Shown here: one piece after another, positions 40,901 to 49,866 of the stretch | Layout: each line of letters opens with the position of its first letter | How positions within the stretch are numbered: the stretch's first letter is position 1 | Source of the DNA: Nitrospirota bacterium | GTDB lineage: Bacteria; Nitrospirota; UBA9217 | Reading direction: 5' to 3' | Assembly: GCA_963663225.1 (NCBI GenBank) | Contig: OY760142.1 | Span: 1,664,001 to 1,728,000 of the forward strand | DNA: 64,000 bases | Notes under the pieces: model-generated | What the model saw: the letters and a program-made list of their open reading frames with translations, nothing else | Told to the model about the DNA's origin: nothing | Database searches by the model: none | Position numbers and translations under genes: made by a program

Positions 40901-42699
40901 GCAATAATACCGCAACGGACGCCGTTGCCATTACTGATGCGGCAACGCTTTCCGGTACGGCATGGCTCGATCTTAATCACAATCGAACGCTCGATACGGG
41001 GGAGCCCAAGCTTGCCGGCTGGATGGTCGATCTGCTTTTGAGCGGTGTTGTTGTTAGCAGCACGACAACGACAACCGATGGCACGTATTCATTTGCCGGC
41101 ATCTCGCCCGGTCCGGGATACCAGGTGCGTTTCCGTGAACCGTCTCATGGCTCCCTCTACGGATACGCCGTACCGAATGAAAACGGGCTGGCCTTCACGA
41201 ACGGCGTTGTGAGTGTTGCGAACCCAGCGGGAGCCGTTGCTACGGACGGCACCCTGAACAATATGACCCTGATTGCGGGCGCGAATTATGTTCAGCAGAG
41301 CCTGCCGGTTGACCCTGATGGTGTCGTGTATGACTCGATTACGCGTCTGCCGGTCACCAACGCAACGGTTGGGATTGCTGGTCCGGTCGGATTTGACCCC
41401 GCAGTGCATCTTGTCGGCGGTGCAGCGAACGCGAGCCAGGTAACGGGAGCGAACGGATACTATCAATTCCTCCTGCTGCCTGCCGCTCCACAGGGCGCGT
41501 ACACGATCAGCGTCACGCCTCCTCCGGGCTATATGCCGCTGATATCGTCCATAATTCCCCCGACAGCCGGTCCCTATGTTGTGCCCGGAGGAGCACCCGT
41601 AGCAATACAAGCCCAGGCAACGGCGCCGACCGGAGCGCAGCCGACAACCTACTATCTCACCTTCTCGATGAGCGGCGTTTCGGCGAGCGTGGTAAACAAC
41701 CATATCCCGGTAGACCCGATACTGGGCGGCGCCATCGCGATGACGAAAGTCACGCCGCTCGTCAATGTGGCCAAAGGCGATCTCGTGCCCTACACGCTTG
41801 TAGCAACGAACACACTGGCCGCGACCCTGTCGAATATCGATATCGTCGACCAGATGCCGCCGGGGTTCAAGTACCGCGCGGGGAGCGCAACGCTCAACGG
41901 AATTGCGGTCACTCCCGTGGCGAGCGGACGCACCCTGCGCTGGCCGGGGCTGACTTTTGCCGCCGGGGAAAAGAAGACGATCAAGCTTCTGCTCGTCGTG
42001 GGTGCCGGGGTGGGGGAAGGGAAATACACCAACCAGGCCTGGGCCTTAAACAATATCGTCAATACGGCGGTTTCGAACGTTGCCGAGGCAACGGTCCGCG
42101 TTGTCCCCGATCCCACATTCGACTGTACGGATATTATCGGCAAGGTTTTCGATGACAAGAACGCGAACGGCTATCAGGATGAGGGAGAACCCGGGTTAGC
42201 AAACGTGAGGATTGCAACAGCGCGCGGCCTGATCATCACCACGGATGCAGAGGGCAGGTTCCACATCCCCTGTCCCGAAGTCCCGAACGCTGACCGGGGA
42301 TCAAATTACGTGCTGAAGCTGGACGAGCGCACGCTGCCGACCGGGTATCGGGTAACCACGGAAAATCCGCTGGTTTCCCGCATGACGCGCGGCAAGATGA
42401 TCAAGATGAACTTCGGCGCGAGCGTGCACCGCGTGGTGCGTGTTGATGTCAACGATGCGGCGTTTGAACCGGGCTCGATAAAGCTCCGCGATGAATGGCG
42501 GCAGAGGACGCTGTCTCTTGACAAAACAATCAATGAGCGGCCCACGGTCGTGCGGATAGCGTACCGTTCGAACGCACACGACCGGAGCCTTGCGGAAAAC
42601 CGCATCAAGGCAGTGCGCGACCTGATCCAGTCGCGATGGAAGGCATCCAACGGCCGGGCGCCGTTGATTTTTGAAGAAGAGATCGTGGAGGCCCGATGA
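34951..42699 (+). CDS. Giant repetitive surface protein/adhesin (DUF11-like Ig repeats, SdrD B-like domains, degenerate OmpA-like C-terminus)
   Basis: 2582 aa, T/S/G/A-rich. Signal peptide ending APVYA (alternative start 35065). Repeats xxK(S/A/Q)F..TDxLP..C..C..YxN and SGxVFxDxNxxG domains. Confidence 0.9.
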   Translation: MLSTINVGEKNNFGKNLLYSIRSAVSVPCKAVTKALCRMRTSNVLRFALFWMLAFAAPVYADMSASVTLLSGDPTDIYPSQTTRLQITLSNSNQTAQITNVAFSNSLPGTWPNALRIAGVYTYTCTDPSGPVTSPGSGTLTADVNTQAISLSGGVIPARANNTDGTCTIVIPVTAGTSSGSTATYTYQILSGAVTGDDGSAVANSGTVSQSVNVRALTPPSLSKSFASSNIYLGGNATTLTITLANANPVAITNFSITDAFPQLGGAAIIRVAATPGAAASCNNGGSAPTFSPSAGDTSISATGTIPARSGSTNGSCTISVSIEGAQTNSLYTTGAQANTINRLTNFSNDVGIVPTANATANITVLSPLRLNKAFAHAALSSGQSDSLTITLYNDGNTDLTVTTFTDDPIDGTTAGNTNPYGLKVTGQSTTCAGGTVTPTLNNTGVTLTDGVIPHNGSCTVTVSFTGTVTTAGVPVTYTNSIPQGAVGTTTAGIISQTRSASILVADDLRVTKSAAPTTAAPGNPVRYTLTVYNYTASAISNLAVTDHLTNGTTFLTGTINGNNYTPSISGACSGLSVTGAVGDTVPVFTISSFNARTDANTPSSCTVTFYAMTSKTAANGSSTANTISAGDVCYNGGATCNGAGTSSTGTTVTTTLITAAKSFSPAGPLPEGSISTMTITLTNQSASPITNATISDTLPVATVGGGQMRIASPSNAASTCGSPMITAVAGSTSLAMNGGTIPARASNGTGTAGTCFIRVDVIGPAGTYNNTATAGGTETYADGTTHSVTPVTTAVATLVYTSSLSATKSFNPASVSSGGRSTVTVRLSNSGAAALTNVGATDPLPAGMVVAPTPNAYTTCAGSPLITAAAGAGSVSMSGAGLAGSGTCDLLFDVVATGSASWSNTIPIGNITADGGVRNQTAVSATLTYNAPTALTVAKATNPSTLTFPGQMSQFIITITNGTQAVTNLRLTDYFTANGTSGASVNGMVVAATPGTSTTCPGGVISAVAGSTSVGISGVSLAASASCTVGVNVTSTSVGGITNYIPVGSIITDQGLTNSGQASTSLATQSNIGIVKQFTPAVVKPGQRSRLRITFYNPTSLPMANLAVIDTLPAGVTVPSGPNPTSSCTGATVLSPASDQVQVSGGTIAAASSGVSASCYAEIDVTASAQGDYVNTIAAGAVTATSGGAPTTNSQPASDTLRAKSPITIHKAIGGYTLDAGSPAGFTTGSATRTPGSTATLVIRMDNPNTVPLTSTAFTDALPAGLVVATTPNASTTCTGGTVIAPASGTSIRLSGATIPASGNCTVSVDVLSNISAAYTNSIAASSITTFEGVSNEEPTSAQLVVSTPPTVSKQFAPAVIPTNGTSTLTIYLENSNATALTLTSVFTDTLPTAPGTIVVAAVPNIVKTCPGAVTAAAGSGTVTYANGAQIPVGGCSISVNVTGATSGVHTNNIPAGALQTNLGNNQQPANSTLTISTMGFISGRVFKDNNVTPNGTYETGTDTPISGVSIDLRSGANCSGALVSVVGLTNPTTTDALGNYMFSGLPAGTYSACEPVQPTGTVNGTTTAGAITSVNGSTGAAGAASNPTSATSQIVNIVLNGDGSAGAVSGTMGNNFAEIVLSSISGSVFLDQNNNGVQNGADAGIANVTIELLNNATTVIATATTDSNGAYAFTNLQPGTYSVREPGQPAATANGITAAGTVANGGTAGTATSVTVTPSVISAIVLPPNTTAAGNNFAEIPLGRRISGVVFLDYNNDGTFNGSDHGIGSQTLSLTGTDINGNTVSGSATTNSDGSYDFLNLPEGTYTVNQPGQPAGTTNGTTTAGSTGGTATNPTGTSSRIVNISLMGGNTVSANNNFAEQPGAAPDLAIAKTHTPASLGASSTTGYFTLTPSNVGTVSTSGAITITDTMPADLAPTVASGTGWACSIAGQTISCTSSSAIAAGASGNAVTVRVTVGAGLSGQILVNTAVISGGGEPVGFDGNNTATDAVAITDAATLSGTAWLDLNHNRTLDTGEPKLAGWMVDLLLSGVVVSSTTTTTDGTYSFAGISPGPGYQVRFREPSHGSLYGYAVPNENGLAFTNGVVSVANPAGAVATDGTLNNMTLIAGANYVQQSLPVDPDGVVYDSITRLPVTNATVGIAGPVGFDPAVHLVGGAANASQVTGANGYYQFLLLPAAPQGAYTISVTPPPGYMPLISSIIPPTAGPYVVPGGAPVAIQAQATAPTGAQPTTYYLTFSMSGVSASVVNNHIPVDPILGGAIAMTKVTPLVNVAKGDLVPYTLVATNTLAATLSNIDIVDQMPPGFKYRAGSATLNGIAVTPVASGRTLRWPGLTFAAGEKKTIKLLLVVGAGVGEGKYTNQAWALNNIVNTAVSNVAEATVRVVPDPTFDCTDIIGKVFDDKNANGYQDEGEPGLANVRIATARGLIITTDAEGRFHIPCPEVPNADRGSNYVLKLDERTLPTGYRVTTENPLVSRMTRGKMIKMNFGASVHRVVRVDVNDAAFEPGSIKLRDEWRQRTLSLDKTINERPTVVRIAYRSNAHDRSLAENRIKAVRDLIQSRWKASNGRAPLIFEEEIVEAR

Positions 42700-45600
42700 G
42701 AAGGAACCATCTCACCTATGCATCGGTCGCCGCGATCCTGATCGGCATGGCCGGACCGACCTTCCTGAGTGACGCGCTTGCCGCCGACGTGCGCGGACGG
42801 ATTTTGGACCGCAGCAGTACGCTGGAACAGCCGGCCCCGCCGAGTTCCGAATCGGACATCGGAGCGCTTGCGACAGCATCCGGCATGCCGGGAAGCGATG
42901 TTCTTATCATGCGTGAATCGGCCAAAAAACTTCCGGGCACGTCTCCCCGCTTCACCACGGTGATGCGGGACGAAAAACGGAATCCTTTCTTTGCGTCCGG
43001 AAGCGCGGTCATGACCGCGTCTGTCCGCAAACACCTCGATGCTCTGGTGCGGGATATTGCGGGCAAGAGAAATATTATGATCGCGATTACGGGCCATACG
43101 GACAACGAGCGGATCAGCGCCAGGCTCAAGTCGCAGTTTGCCGACAACCAGGCCCTCTCGGAAGCCCGCGCTTTTGTCGTGGCAGCGCATCTCAGGACGG
43201 CCCTCAAACTTGATGCGACGCAGTTTGCCGTTGCCGGAAAAGGCGAGGAAAACCCTGTCGCTGATAATGCAACAGAGGAAGGGAGGGCAGCGAACCGGCG
43301 CGTCGAAATACAGGTCTGGTACGACGAGGTGCAGGATGCGCCGAAAGGCGTTGAAGCCGCCCCGCAGTGCGGGTCGTCAGACCAGTCTGCTCGGATCCCG
43401 TTCAATATCACGGTGGACGGTGTGCCGATGGAAAAAGAAAAAGGCGGGACTGAAGCCGATCGGCAGCGCTGCGCAGATATTGCTCTCGAAAAAGCGGACA
43501 TTCGCATACACTACGATCCCCTTGCGACGGCACCGGCCCTGAACATCTGGACCACGCCGAACGGCGCGCTGCGTTCAACGCCGCTGTCCTTCTACACGTA
43601 TTCCAACTATGCGTTCTGGATCAAGCGGGCGGAGATCCGGATTTTTGAAAAAGGCGCGAGCAGCCAGCAGCGTCCTTACGCCATAGTGCCGGTCAGGATC
43701 AATGAATCGGCATCCTGGCAGGCGCCTGCTGACGCGCCCGACCGGCTTTATTTTCTACTCCGGGTGTATGACGAAAAAGACAGATTCGACGAGACCGCCG
43801 CAAAGGAGCTGATTCTGCTCGCGTCCCGCAAACCACAGCCGGACGAAGAGAGTCAGGAGCGTGAACGGCGGATCGGATACGGCGAAAACAGCCGCGTACT
43901 CGCGAATATTCCCGCGCAGGGCGGGACGATCACCGTGGACGGCGCAAAAATACGGCAGGGACAGTCCGTTACCGCTCTCGGCATGCCGGTTCCCATAGAT
44001 CGGAACGGGAAGTTTGCACTACGCCAGATCATGCCGGCCGGACCGCATGCGGTCGAGGTGTCGGTCCTTGACGAAAAAGGACACGGAATGGTCTACCGCA
44101 GAAATATTTCGATTCCGGACCATGGCTGGTTCTATGTTGCGATCGGCGATCTTACCGTCGGCCGCAATTCCACCTCGGGACCCGCACAGCTCGTTACGAA
44201 TGAAGCGACCGACCACTATGACAACAAAACCTATATTGACGGACGAGGCGCTTTCTATCTCAAAGGAAAGATCAAAGGTGACTATCTCCTGACCATGAGC
44301 GCGGACACGCGCGAACGTCCGATCAGGGACCTGTTCAGCAATTTCGATTCCAAGGACCCGAGTTATCTGCTCCGGAGCATTAACCCGGACACATACTATC
44401 CGGTTTACGGCGATGACAGCACCATTGTCGACGATGCGCCCACGCAGGGCAAGTTCTATGTCAAGATCGAAAAGGGAGATTCATCGATCATGTGGGGGAA
44501 TTTCCAGACGCAGTGGACCGGCACCGAGCTGACGCAATACAGCCGCGGTCTCTACGGCGCAAATTTGGTCCTGTCGCCGCAGGCCACCACGAAATACGGG
44601 GAGCGCACAACAGCGGTGAATGCATTTGTTGCAGAGCCGGGAACGCTCGCTTCGCGGGAGGAGTTTCGGGGCACGGGCGGTTCACTGTATTATCTGCAGC
44701 ATATGGATATCACCCAGGGATCGGAACGGGTTTGGGTGGAAATCCGGGACAAAGACTCCCAGATGGTGCTTGAACGGCATCAGCTTGCCTCTGCGCAGGA
44801 TTACGACGTCAACTATTTGCAAGGGAGGATCATGCTTCGGGCCCCGCTTCCGTCCGTTGCGGACGGCAGTACGCTGGTACAGACATCCATATTGAACGGG
44901 AACCCGGTTTTTTTGGTAGTGTCGTATGAGTATGTACCGGGAATGACCGAAATAGGCGGCTTCGCAGGCGGAGTGCGCGCGACGCAGTGGCTGAACGACA
45001 ACATCCGCCTCGGGGTGACGGGGTACCGTCAGGGCGAAGACCAGTCACGGCAGGGACTGGCCGGAGGCGATTTCATTCTGCGCTACAAGCCGGGTACCTA
45101 TATGAAGGGCGAATTCGCGCATTCCGAGGGGGCGGGCACCGGGACCCAGTCATCGATTACCGGAGGGTTCGGTTTTAACACGCTTCAGGGGAATGATTCA
45201 GACCGCGCGAGCGCCTGGCGCTTGGAAGGCGCGCTGGATTTCAGCGAATTACGGGAAGGCTCGAAAGGGAAAATTTCCGCCTATTGGCAGAACCGGGAAC
45301 GGGGATTTTCAGGCCCGGGCCAGGTCACGCTGGACAGCGAGCGCATGGAACAGGCCGGTCTTGCAGCACAGCTGCCGCTCGGTGAAAAAATAACACTCGG
45401 TTTGAAGGCGGACAACCGGGACTCCGACAGCCAGACATTCCGTGCAGGGGAAGCGTCGCTTGCCTACCGCGCGAACGATTCGGTGACGGTCTCAGCCGGC
45501 GTGCGCGCTGATGACCGGAAAGTGGTTGTGCCGAATGCGAGCCAAACCCTGTCAGAGGACGGCGAGCGGGTGGACGCCATTGCCCGCATCGATTACCGGC

Positions 45601-46970
45601 CGCTTGCGAAAAAGCAGGCCGAGCGAGCATCCGCGCAAAAGCCGCTCAGTGAATCGGAACAGAAGCAGCCCCAACCGGCAGAGCAGTCCGCCATCGCAAC
45701 GCAGTCCACGGCGACCGTGATATCAAGCGCACCGACGTCGACAGCTGCGCCGCAAGCCGATGCAAAACCCGCGGTCCAGTACGAACCGTGGGGACTGTTT
45801 GCATACGGCCAGGGAACTCTGGCCCGTTCCGGATCGCGGTCGGAGAATGACCGGGTTGGCGTTGGCGCAAACTGGCAAATAACGCCGCGATTTAAACTTG
45901 AAGGAGAGGTCTCGACCGGGGACGGAGGCGTTGGCGGCAAGCTTTCGGGAGACTACCGCATCGATGATCGCAGCAATGTCTATTTGACGTATATAAACGA
46001 AACAGACCGTCCGGAGCTCGCCTATCGCGGCAGGATCGGCACGTTTGTTCTGGGCAGCGGATATAAGATTTCCGGCCAGACCCGGGTGTACACTGAATCG
46101 CGCTGGGTAAACGGAGCCGGCCCCGACAGCCTGGTGCAGGCATTCGGTCTCGATTATGCGCCGAATGACCGGTGGACGTACGGGGTCAAGGGAGAGATCG
46201 GCGAGGTCAATGACGAGGTTTCCGGCGACCTGAAGCGCTATGCTCTCGGGTTGTCAGCGGCCTATAAATATGAGGGGCTCAAATACGCGGGCGCCCTTGA
46301 GTACCGGAATGAGTCCGGGACGATCGAAAAGCGTGAAACCTGGCTGCTCAAAAATTCCACGGGGTATCAGGCGACCCCTTCCCTGCGGCTGCTCGGCAAA
46401 TTGAACTTTTCCTACAGCCATTCATCACAGGGAGATTTTTACGACGGCAACTACACGGAGCTGGTTGCGGGCGCCGCATACCGCCCTGTGCAGCACGACA
46501 AGCTGAACACGCTCTTTAAATATACCTATTTTGCGAATGTGCCGTCGCCCGGCCAGCTGACGCCGACCAATCTCGTGGCGGATTATTCCCAGCGGAGCCA
46601 TGTTCTGTCGATCGACACCATTTACGATCTCGTATCATGGCTTTCCATCGGAGCAAAATACGGTCTTCGCATCGGAGAGCTGAAAATGACAAAGACCGAC
46701 GGCGATTGGTATTCGAGCCGGGCCGACCTTATTGTTCTGAGAGCGGATTTTCATCTTGTGCGCGAGTGGGATGCGCTTATTGAAGCACGCAGGTTGAAGG
46801 TATACGAGGCGGGTGATGAACGGATGGGCTTCCTTGTCGGGATATACCGGCATGTTACCAACAACGTCAAAATAGGCGCAGGGTACAATTTTACCGATTT
46901 CTCCGACAACCTGACGGATTTGTCCTACCGCAGCAGGGGCTGGTTTGTGAACGTTGTCGCCGCATTCTAA
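42696..46970 (+). CDS. Outer-membrane protein: OmpA-like peptidoglycan-binding domain plus large beta-barrel
   Basis: Signal peptide; FASGSA, ITGHTD, NQALSEARA and GRAANRRVEI motifs. Long amphipathic beta-strand region ending WFVNVVAAF. ATGA overlap with the upstream gene. Confidence 0.9.
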   Translation: MRRNHLTYASVAAILIGMAGPTFLSDALAADVRGRILDRSSTLEQPAPPSSESDIGALATASGMPGSDVLIMRESAKKLPGTSPRFTTVMRDEKRNPFFASGSAVMTASVRKHLDALVRDIAGKRNIMIAITGHTDNERISARLKSQFADNQALSEARAFVVAAHLRTALKLDATQFAVAGKGEENPVADNATEEGRAANRRVEIQVWYDEVQDAPKGVEAAPQCGSSDQSARIPFNITVDGVPMEKEKGGTEADRQRCADIALEKADIRIHYDPLATAPALNIWTTPNGALRSTPLSFYTYSNYAFWIKRAEIRIFEKGASSQQRPYAIVPVRINESASWQAPADAPDRLYFLLRVYDEKDRFDETAAKELILLASRKPQPDEESQERERRIGYGENSRVLANIPAQGGTITVDGAKIRQGQSVTALGMPVPIDRNGKFALRQIMPAGPHAVEVSVLDEKGHGMVYRRNISIPDHGWFYVAIGDLTVGRNSTSGPAQLVTNEATDHYDNKTYIDGRGAFYLKGKIKGDYLLTMSADTRERPIRDLFSNFDSKDPSYLLRSINPDTYYPVYGDDSTIVDDAPTQGKFYVKIEKGDSSIMWGNFQTQWTGTELTQYSRGLYGANLVLSPQATTKYGERTTAVNAFVAEPGTLASREEFRGTGGSLYYLQHMDITQGSERVWVEIRDKDSQMVLERHQLASAQDYDVNYLQGRIMLRAPLPSVADGSTLVQTSILNGNPVFLVVSYEYVPGMTEIGGFAGGVRATQWLNDNIRLGVTGYRQGEDQSRQGLAGGDFILRYKPGTYMKGEFAHSEGAGTGTQSSITGGFGFNTLQGNDSDRASAWRLEGALDFSELREGSKGKISAYWQNRERGFSGPGQVTLDSERMEQAGLAAQLPLGEKITLGLKADNRDSDSQTFRAGEASLAYRANDSVTVSAGVRADDRKVVVPNASQTLSEDGERVDAIARIDYRPLAKKQAERASAQKPLSESEQKQPQPAEQSAIATQSTATVISSAPTSTAAPQADAKPAVQYEPWGLFAYGQGTLARSGSRSENDRVGVGANWQITPRFKLEGEVSTGDGGVGGKLSGDYRIDDRSNVYLTYINETDRPELAYRGRIGTFVLGSGYKISGQTRVYTESRWVNGAGPDSLVQAFGLDYAPNDRWTYGVKGEIGEVNDEVSGDLKRYALGLSAAYKYEGLKYAGALEYRNESGTIEKRETWLLKNSTGYQATPSLRLLGKLNFSYSHSSQGDFYDGNYTELVAGAAYRPVQHDKLNTLFKYTYFANVPSPGQLTPTNLVADYSQRSHVLSIDTIYDLVSWLSIGAKYGLRIGELKMTKTDGDWYSSRADLIVLRADFHLVREWDALIEARRLKVYEAGDERMGFLVGIYRHVTNNVKIGAGYNFTDFSDNLTDLSYRSRGWFVNVVAAF

Positions 46971-47078
46971 AACTTTTTCCTGCTCACTCTGGCTCACTAT
47001 TTATCATGGCCATTACTTCTTAAAGTTTTTTTGCAGCAATCTTTTAGCGATAGCTCTTTCCTCAGGACAGTCTTCTCT

Positions 47079-47266
47079 CGGGTGCAAAATTCCCAAATGT
47101 GTTTTTTTGATGAGGCGGATACACTCACGTTTTACCTCAGGTTTAGATCCATTCGTATACCGTGCATGCTGATGCTTGTTGCGGTTTCGTCCCCGCCGGT
47201 ATCCGCGAAGTTCATTGTGGCTGATTCTGTAACAATCGCGCGGATATTCTGCAGTACCCTTACAAT
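47079..47266 (-). pseudogene. Degenerate partial duplicate of the gene at 47822-48490
   Basis: Aligns by eye with 47981-48187 (YRISHNELRG...HQHARYTNGSKPEVKRECIRLIKK vs HRISHNDLRG...HQHAWYKNESKPEVKRERIRLIKK), with deletions and no 5' end. Confidence 0.8.
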
Positions 47267-47274
47267 CATGTTCG

Positions 47275-47610
47275 CTATCTTTGCTCGCTGTATGCGTGAT
47301 CGCAAACGCTGCCCTTTTTGTCAAAATCTACAACCAGAGAAGAGCTCTCAGCTTTCAAGCCGCCGTGAGACGAGTAGGAGTGGACATATATCCAGCGCTC
47401 CACGCATCCCGCAGGATGTCCAAGGAGAGGGGATGTAATCTGATACGGTTCTCCGAACCACGCCTTTATTTGCTCCTTTGTTTGAAGGTCTTTGGTTATT
47501 TCATTGACATGGGTACGGTCAAATTGCCGACCTGCGGTTGCACAGGATGTAACGGTCAAAACAATCATCACAAGAAGGATGGAGCAAACAGTCATTGTCA
47601 TTTTGTTCAT
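47275..47610 (-). CDS. Small lipoprotein, SmpA/BamE-like
   Basis: VTSC lipobox; TKEQIKAWFGEP, WIY and LVVDFD..G.V motifs; AAGGAG RBS. Confidence 0.75.
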   Translation of the reverse strand: MNKMTMTVCSILLVMIVLTVTSCATAGRQFDRTHVNEITKDLQTKEQIKAWFGEPYQITSPLLGHPAGCVERWIYVHSYSSHGGLKAESSSLVVDFDKKGSVCDHAYSEQR

Positions 47611-47821
47611 CACTCAGTACTCCTTGTATAGAATCGGATTTATTTCGTTTTAGGATAGCCAGACTTTCTAAAACATTAAAGTCAGCAATAGCTTTTTCGA
47701 GATTCAAAACGCCGATAATTTGTAATTTCCATGATGATACGGACAAGTACTAACTAATAGCCTCACGTTGTTTCTGCGTAGCATATAGGATATAAAATGT
47801 TGCGACCACGAGGTATCAATA

Positions 47822-48490
47822 CTACCGCAGTTCTTTCATTTTTTCATGCTGATCAACATGTTTCGGTGAATTGTCAGACTTGTCATGACTACTCATCTTG
47901 TTGTGATCATTCATTTGTGGCATTTTTTTATGAGTATCCTTTTGCGGTTGATTCTTATCTATATTATTGTGTTGCACTTCCGGGCGTTGAATTCCAGGAC
48001 GTTCTTTTTTGATGAGGCGGATACGCTCACGCTTTACTTCTGGTTTTGATTCATTCTTATACCATGCATGCTGATGCCAATGCCGGTTGCGGTCCCATTC
48101 CTGCCAGTGTCCACGAAGGTCATTGTGGCTGATCCTGTGATAGTCGCGCGGAAGAAACCTGGGGTATTCTGGCGGCACTCTTACAATGGCTGGTGGAATC
48201 ATTTTAGGTCCAATCGGGGCCCATCTCCCGTCGAAGGAAGGGGAACGATACCAGTTGCCTTGATCATACCGATACCAGTTGCCACGGAAAAAATAAACGC
48301 CGACCATATTAGGGACCATATAAACGTAAAGGTTCCCGCTTGGAACAACCACGAGATCCGGCGGAGAGGGAAGTTGCAGAGGAGAAGGTGCTGAAACATT
48401 TATATTCACGTTTACTTCAGCGGTTGCATTGGTGATCGACACTCCGATAAATACAACCAAGGCAAGTGATAGAAAGATATTTTTTCGCAT
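47822..48490 (-). CDS. Secreted Pro/Trp/His-rich hypothetical protein
   Basis: Signal peptide then VNVNINV, Pro-rich segment, FFRGNWYR..GNWY motif and charged tail; AGGAGG RBS. Confidence 0.8.
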   Translation of the reverse strand: MRKNIFLSLALVVFIGVSITNATAEVNVNINVSAPSPLQLPSPPDLVVVPSGNLYVYMVPNMVGVYFFRGNWYRYDQGNWYRSPSFDGRWAPIGPKMIPPAIVRVPPEYPRFLPRDYHRISHNDLRGHWQEWDRNRHWHQHAWYKNESKPEVKRERIRLIKKERPGIQRPEVQHNNIDKNQPQKDTHKKMPQMNDHNKMSSHDKSDNSPKHVDQHEKMKELR

Positions 48491-48710
48491 TGCGCAGCCT
48501 CCTTTGTTGATTAATTCTAAAGTATTAAATAAGTATCTGACAAAAAACAGTGAGAGTCAAGAAAAAATAAGGGGGAAAATAGATTTTATCTAATAATATT
48601 AAATGGTTATAAGTTACATGATATCAAAGGATGTATTGTGGATAAAAGGATATATGGAAGGTCGCGGTCATTAAAGCAAAAGGCGAGAAATTATTAGCTG
48701 CAGGGTAGTC

Positions 48711-49664
48711 CTAACGCAAGGTTTGCTCGTGTGCGTGCTCTTTCGGCAGTCCGATCCAGAGAAAATACCGGTAGAGATTGCCCGTGGCCAGAATGCGGAC
48801 GATCACCACGGCGAGGAGCATGCGGGTGATCAGTATCCACCAGAGATCGCCGCCGAAGAGGACGAACAGCATGGTGTCTTCAATGATGGCATGCGCAAGA
48901 CACAGGAACACGGTGATAAGGCAGGCGTCCTTGTGGCTCAGCTGCTGTTTTTCATTGAATTGGTACAGCAAAGCCGCGCCATAAGTGATGCCGATGATGA
49001 AACCCGCAATCCATGGAGCTGCGGCGCGATTGCTCATGCCCACGGCCGAGGAGAGCATTCCTACCTTCTCTCCGAATCTGGCCGCACCCTTCCAGAGCCG
49101 CACCAGCTCGTACGCAAGCATGATCGTAAAGATAATGAGAACTATCTGGACCGAAAGAATCCCTACCTGCACTAAGGCCTTCTCCCAGGAAAATGCCTCC
49201 ACCGCCGTGCCGGAGCGCGCAACCACTCCGCCTATTTCAGGCATGATCAGGTTCAGCAGAATTCCCGCCCCGATTCCGACCGCGATGCGGAACAGGGCGA
49301 TTTTTATCGTGGCCATCCTGAGGCTCGTCAGGATGCCTGTTTCTACAAAAAGGCTGTGAGACACGCCGAGCACGACGCCGAGAATGGTGATCTGGCGTGC
49401 AGTCAGATCGATCGCCGCTGTCGTTGCAAGGGCGGCGTAAATGGAATTGGTAAAGCCGACCAGCAGCGTGATCGCGGCCTCGCCGGGAAGGCCCATAAGG
49501 GACATGAGCGGAGCAAAAAAAGGAGCGAGCGCGTCCAGCACGCCCAACTGGCGCAGCAGCAGCGTGATGAGCGAAAGGGGAATGAACACCTTCAGCATCA
49601 GAATGGACACTTTGAGCGTCGGTTTGAGAGAGTCTAAAAATGCTTGTTTGATTGCGTCCAGCAT
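48711..49664 (-). CDS. Nucleoside-recognition (Gate) domain membrane protein
   Basis: PLMSLMGLPGEAA, HSLFVE, GITYGA and HAIIEDT motifs. Confidence 0.85.
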   Translation of the reverse strand: MLDAIKQAFLDSLKPTLKVSILMLKVFIPLSLITLLLRQLGVLDALAPFFAPLMSLMGLPGEAAITLLVGFTNSIYAALATTAAIDLTARQITILGVVLGVSHSLFVETGILTSLRMATIKIALFRIAVGIGAGILLNLIMPEIGGVVARSGTAVEAFSWEKALVQVGILSVQIVLIIFTIMLAYELVRLWKGAARFGEKVGMLSSAVGMSNRAAAPWIAGFIIGITYGAALLYQFNEKQQLSHKDACLITVFLCLAHAIIEDTMLFVLFGGDLWWILITRMLLAVVIVRILATGNLYRYFLWIGLPKEHAHEQTLR

Positions 49665-49866
49665 GCGCGTTCCTTTGTGTTTTTCAGCATCCTGCAAGTC
49701 TTGAATCCTTGTTGCGGTTTCTGCCTTCCAGCCTCTCAAAGAGTATTTTGCTGCAATTGCTTTTCAGCCCGGCATCAACTGGAGCGTACATTATAGTGAC
49801 GGAAAGACGGAAATATCCTTCTGGAGCAGGGGAGGCGCAACAGGATAAGATTTTTTCGATGAACTG

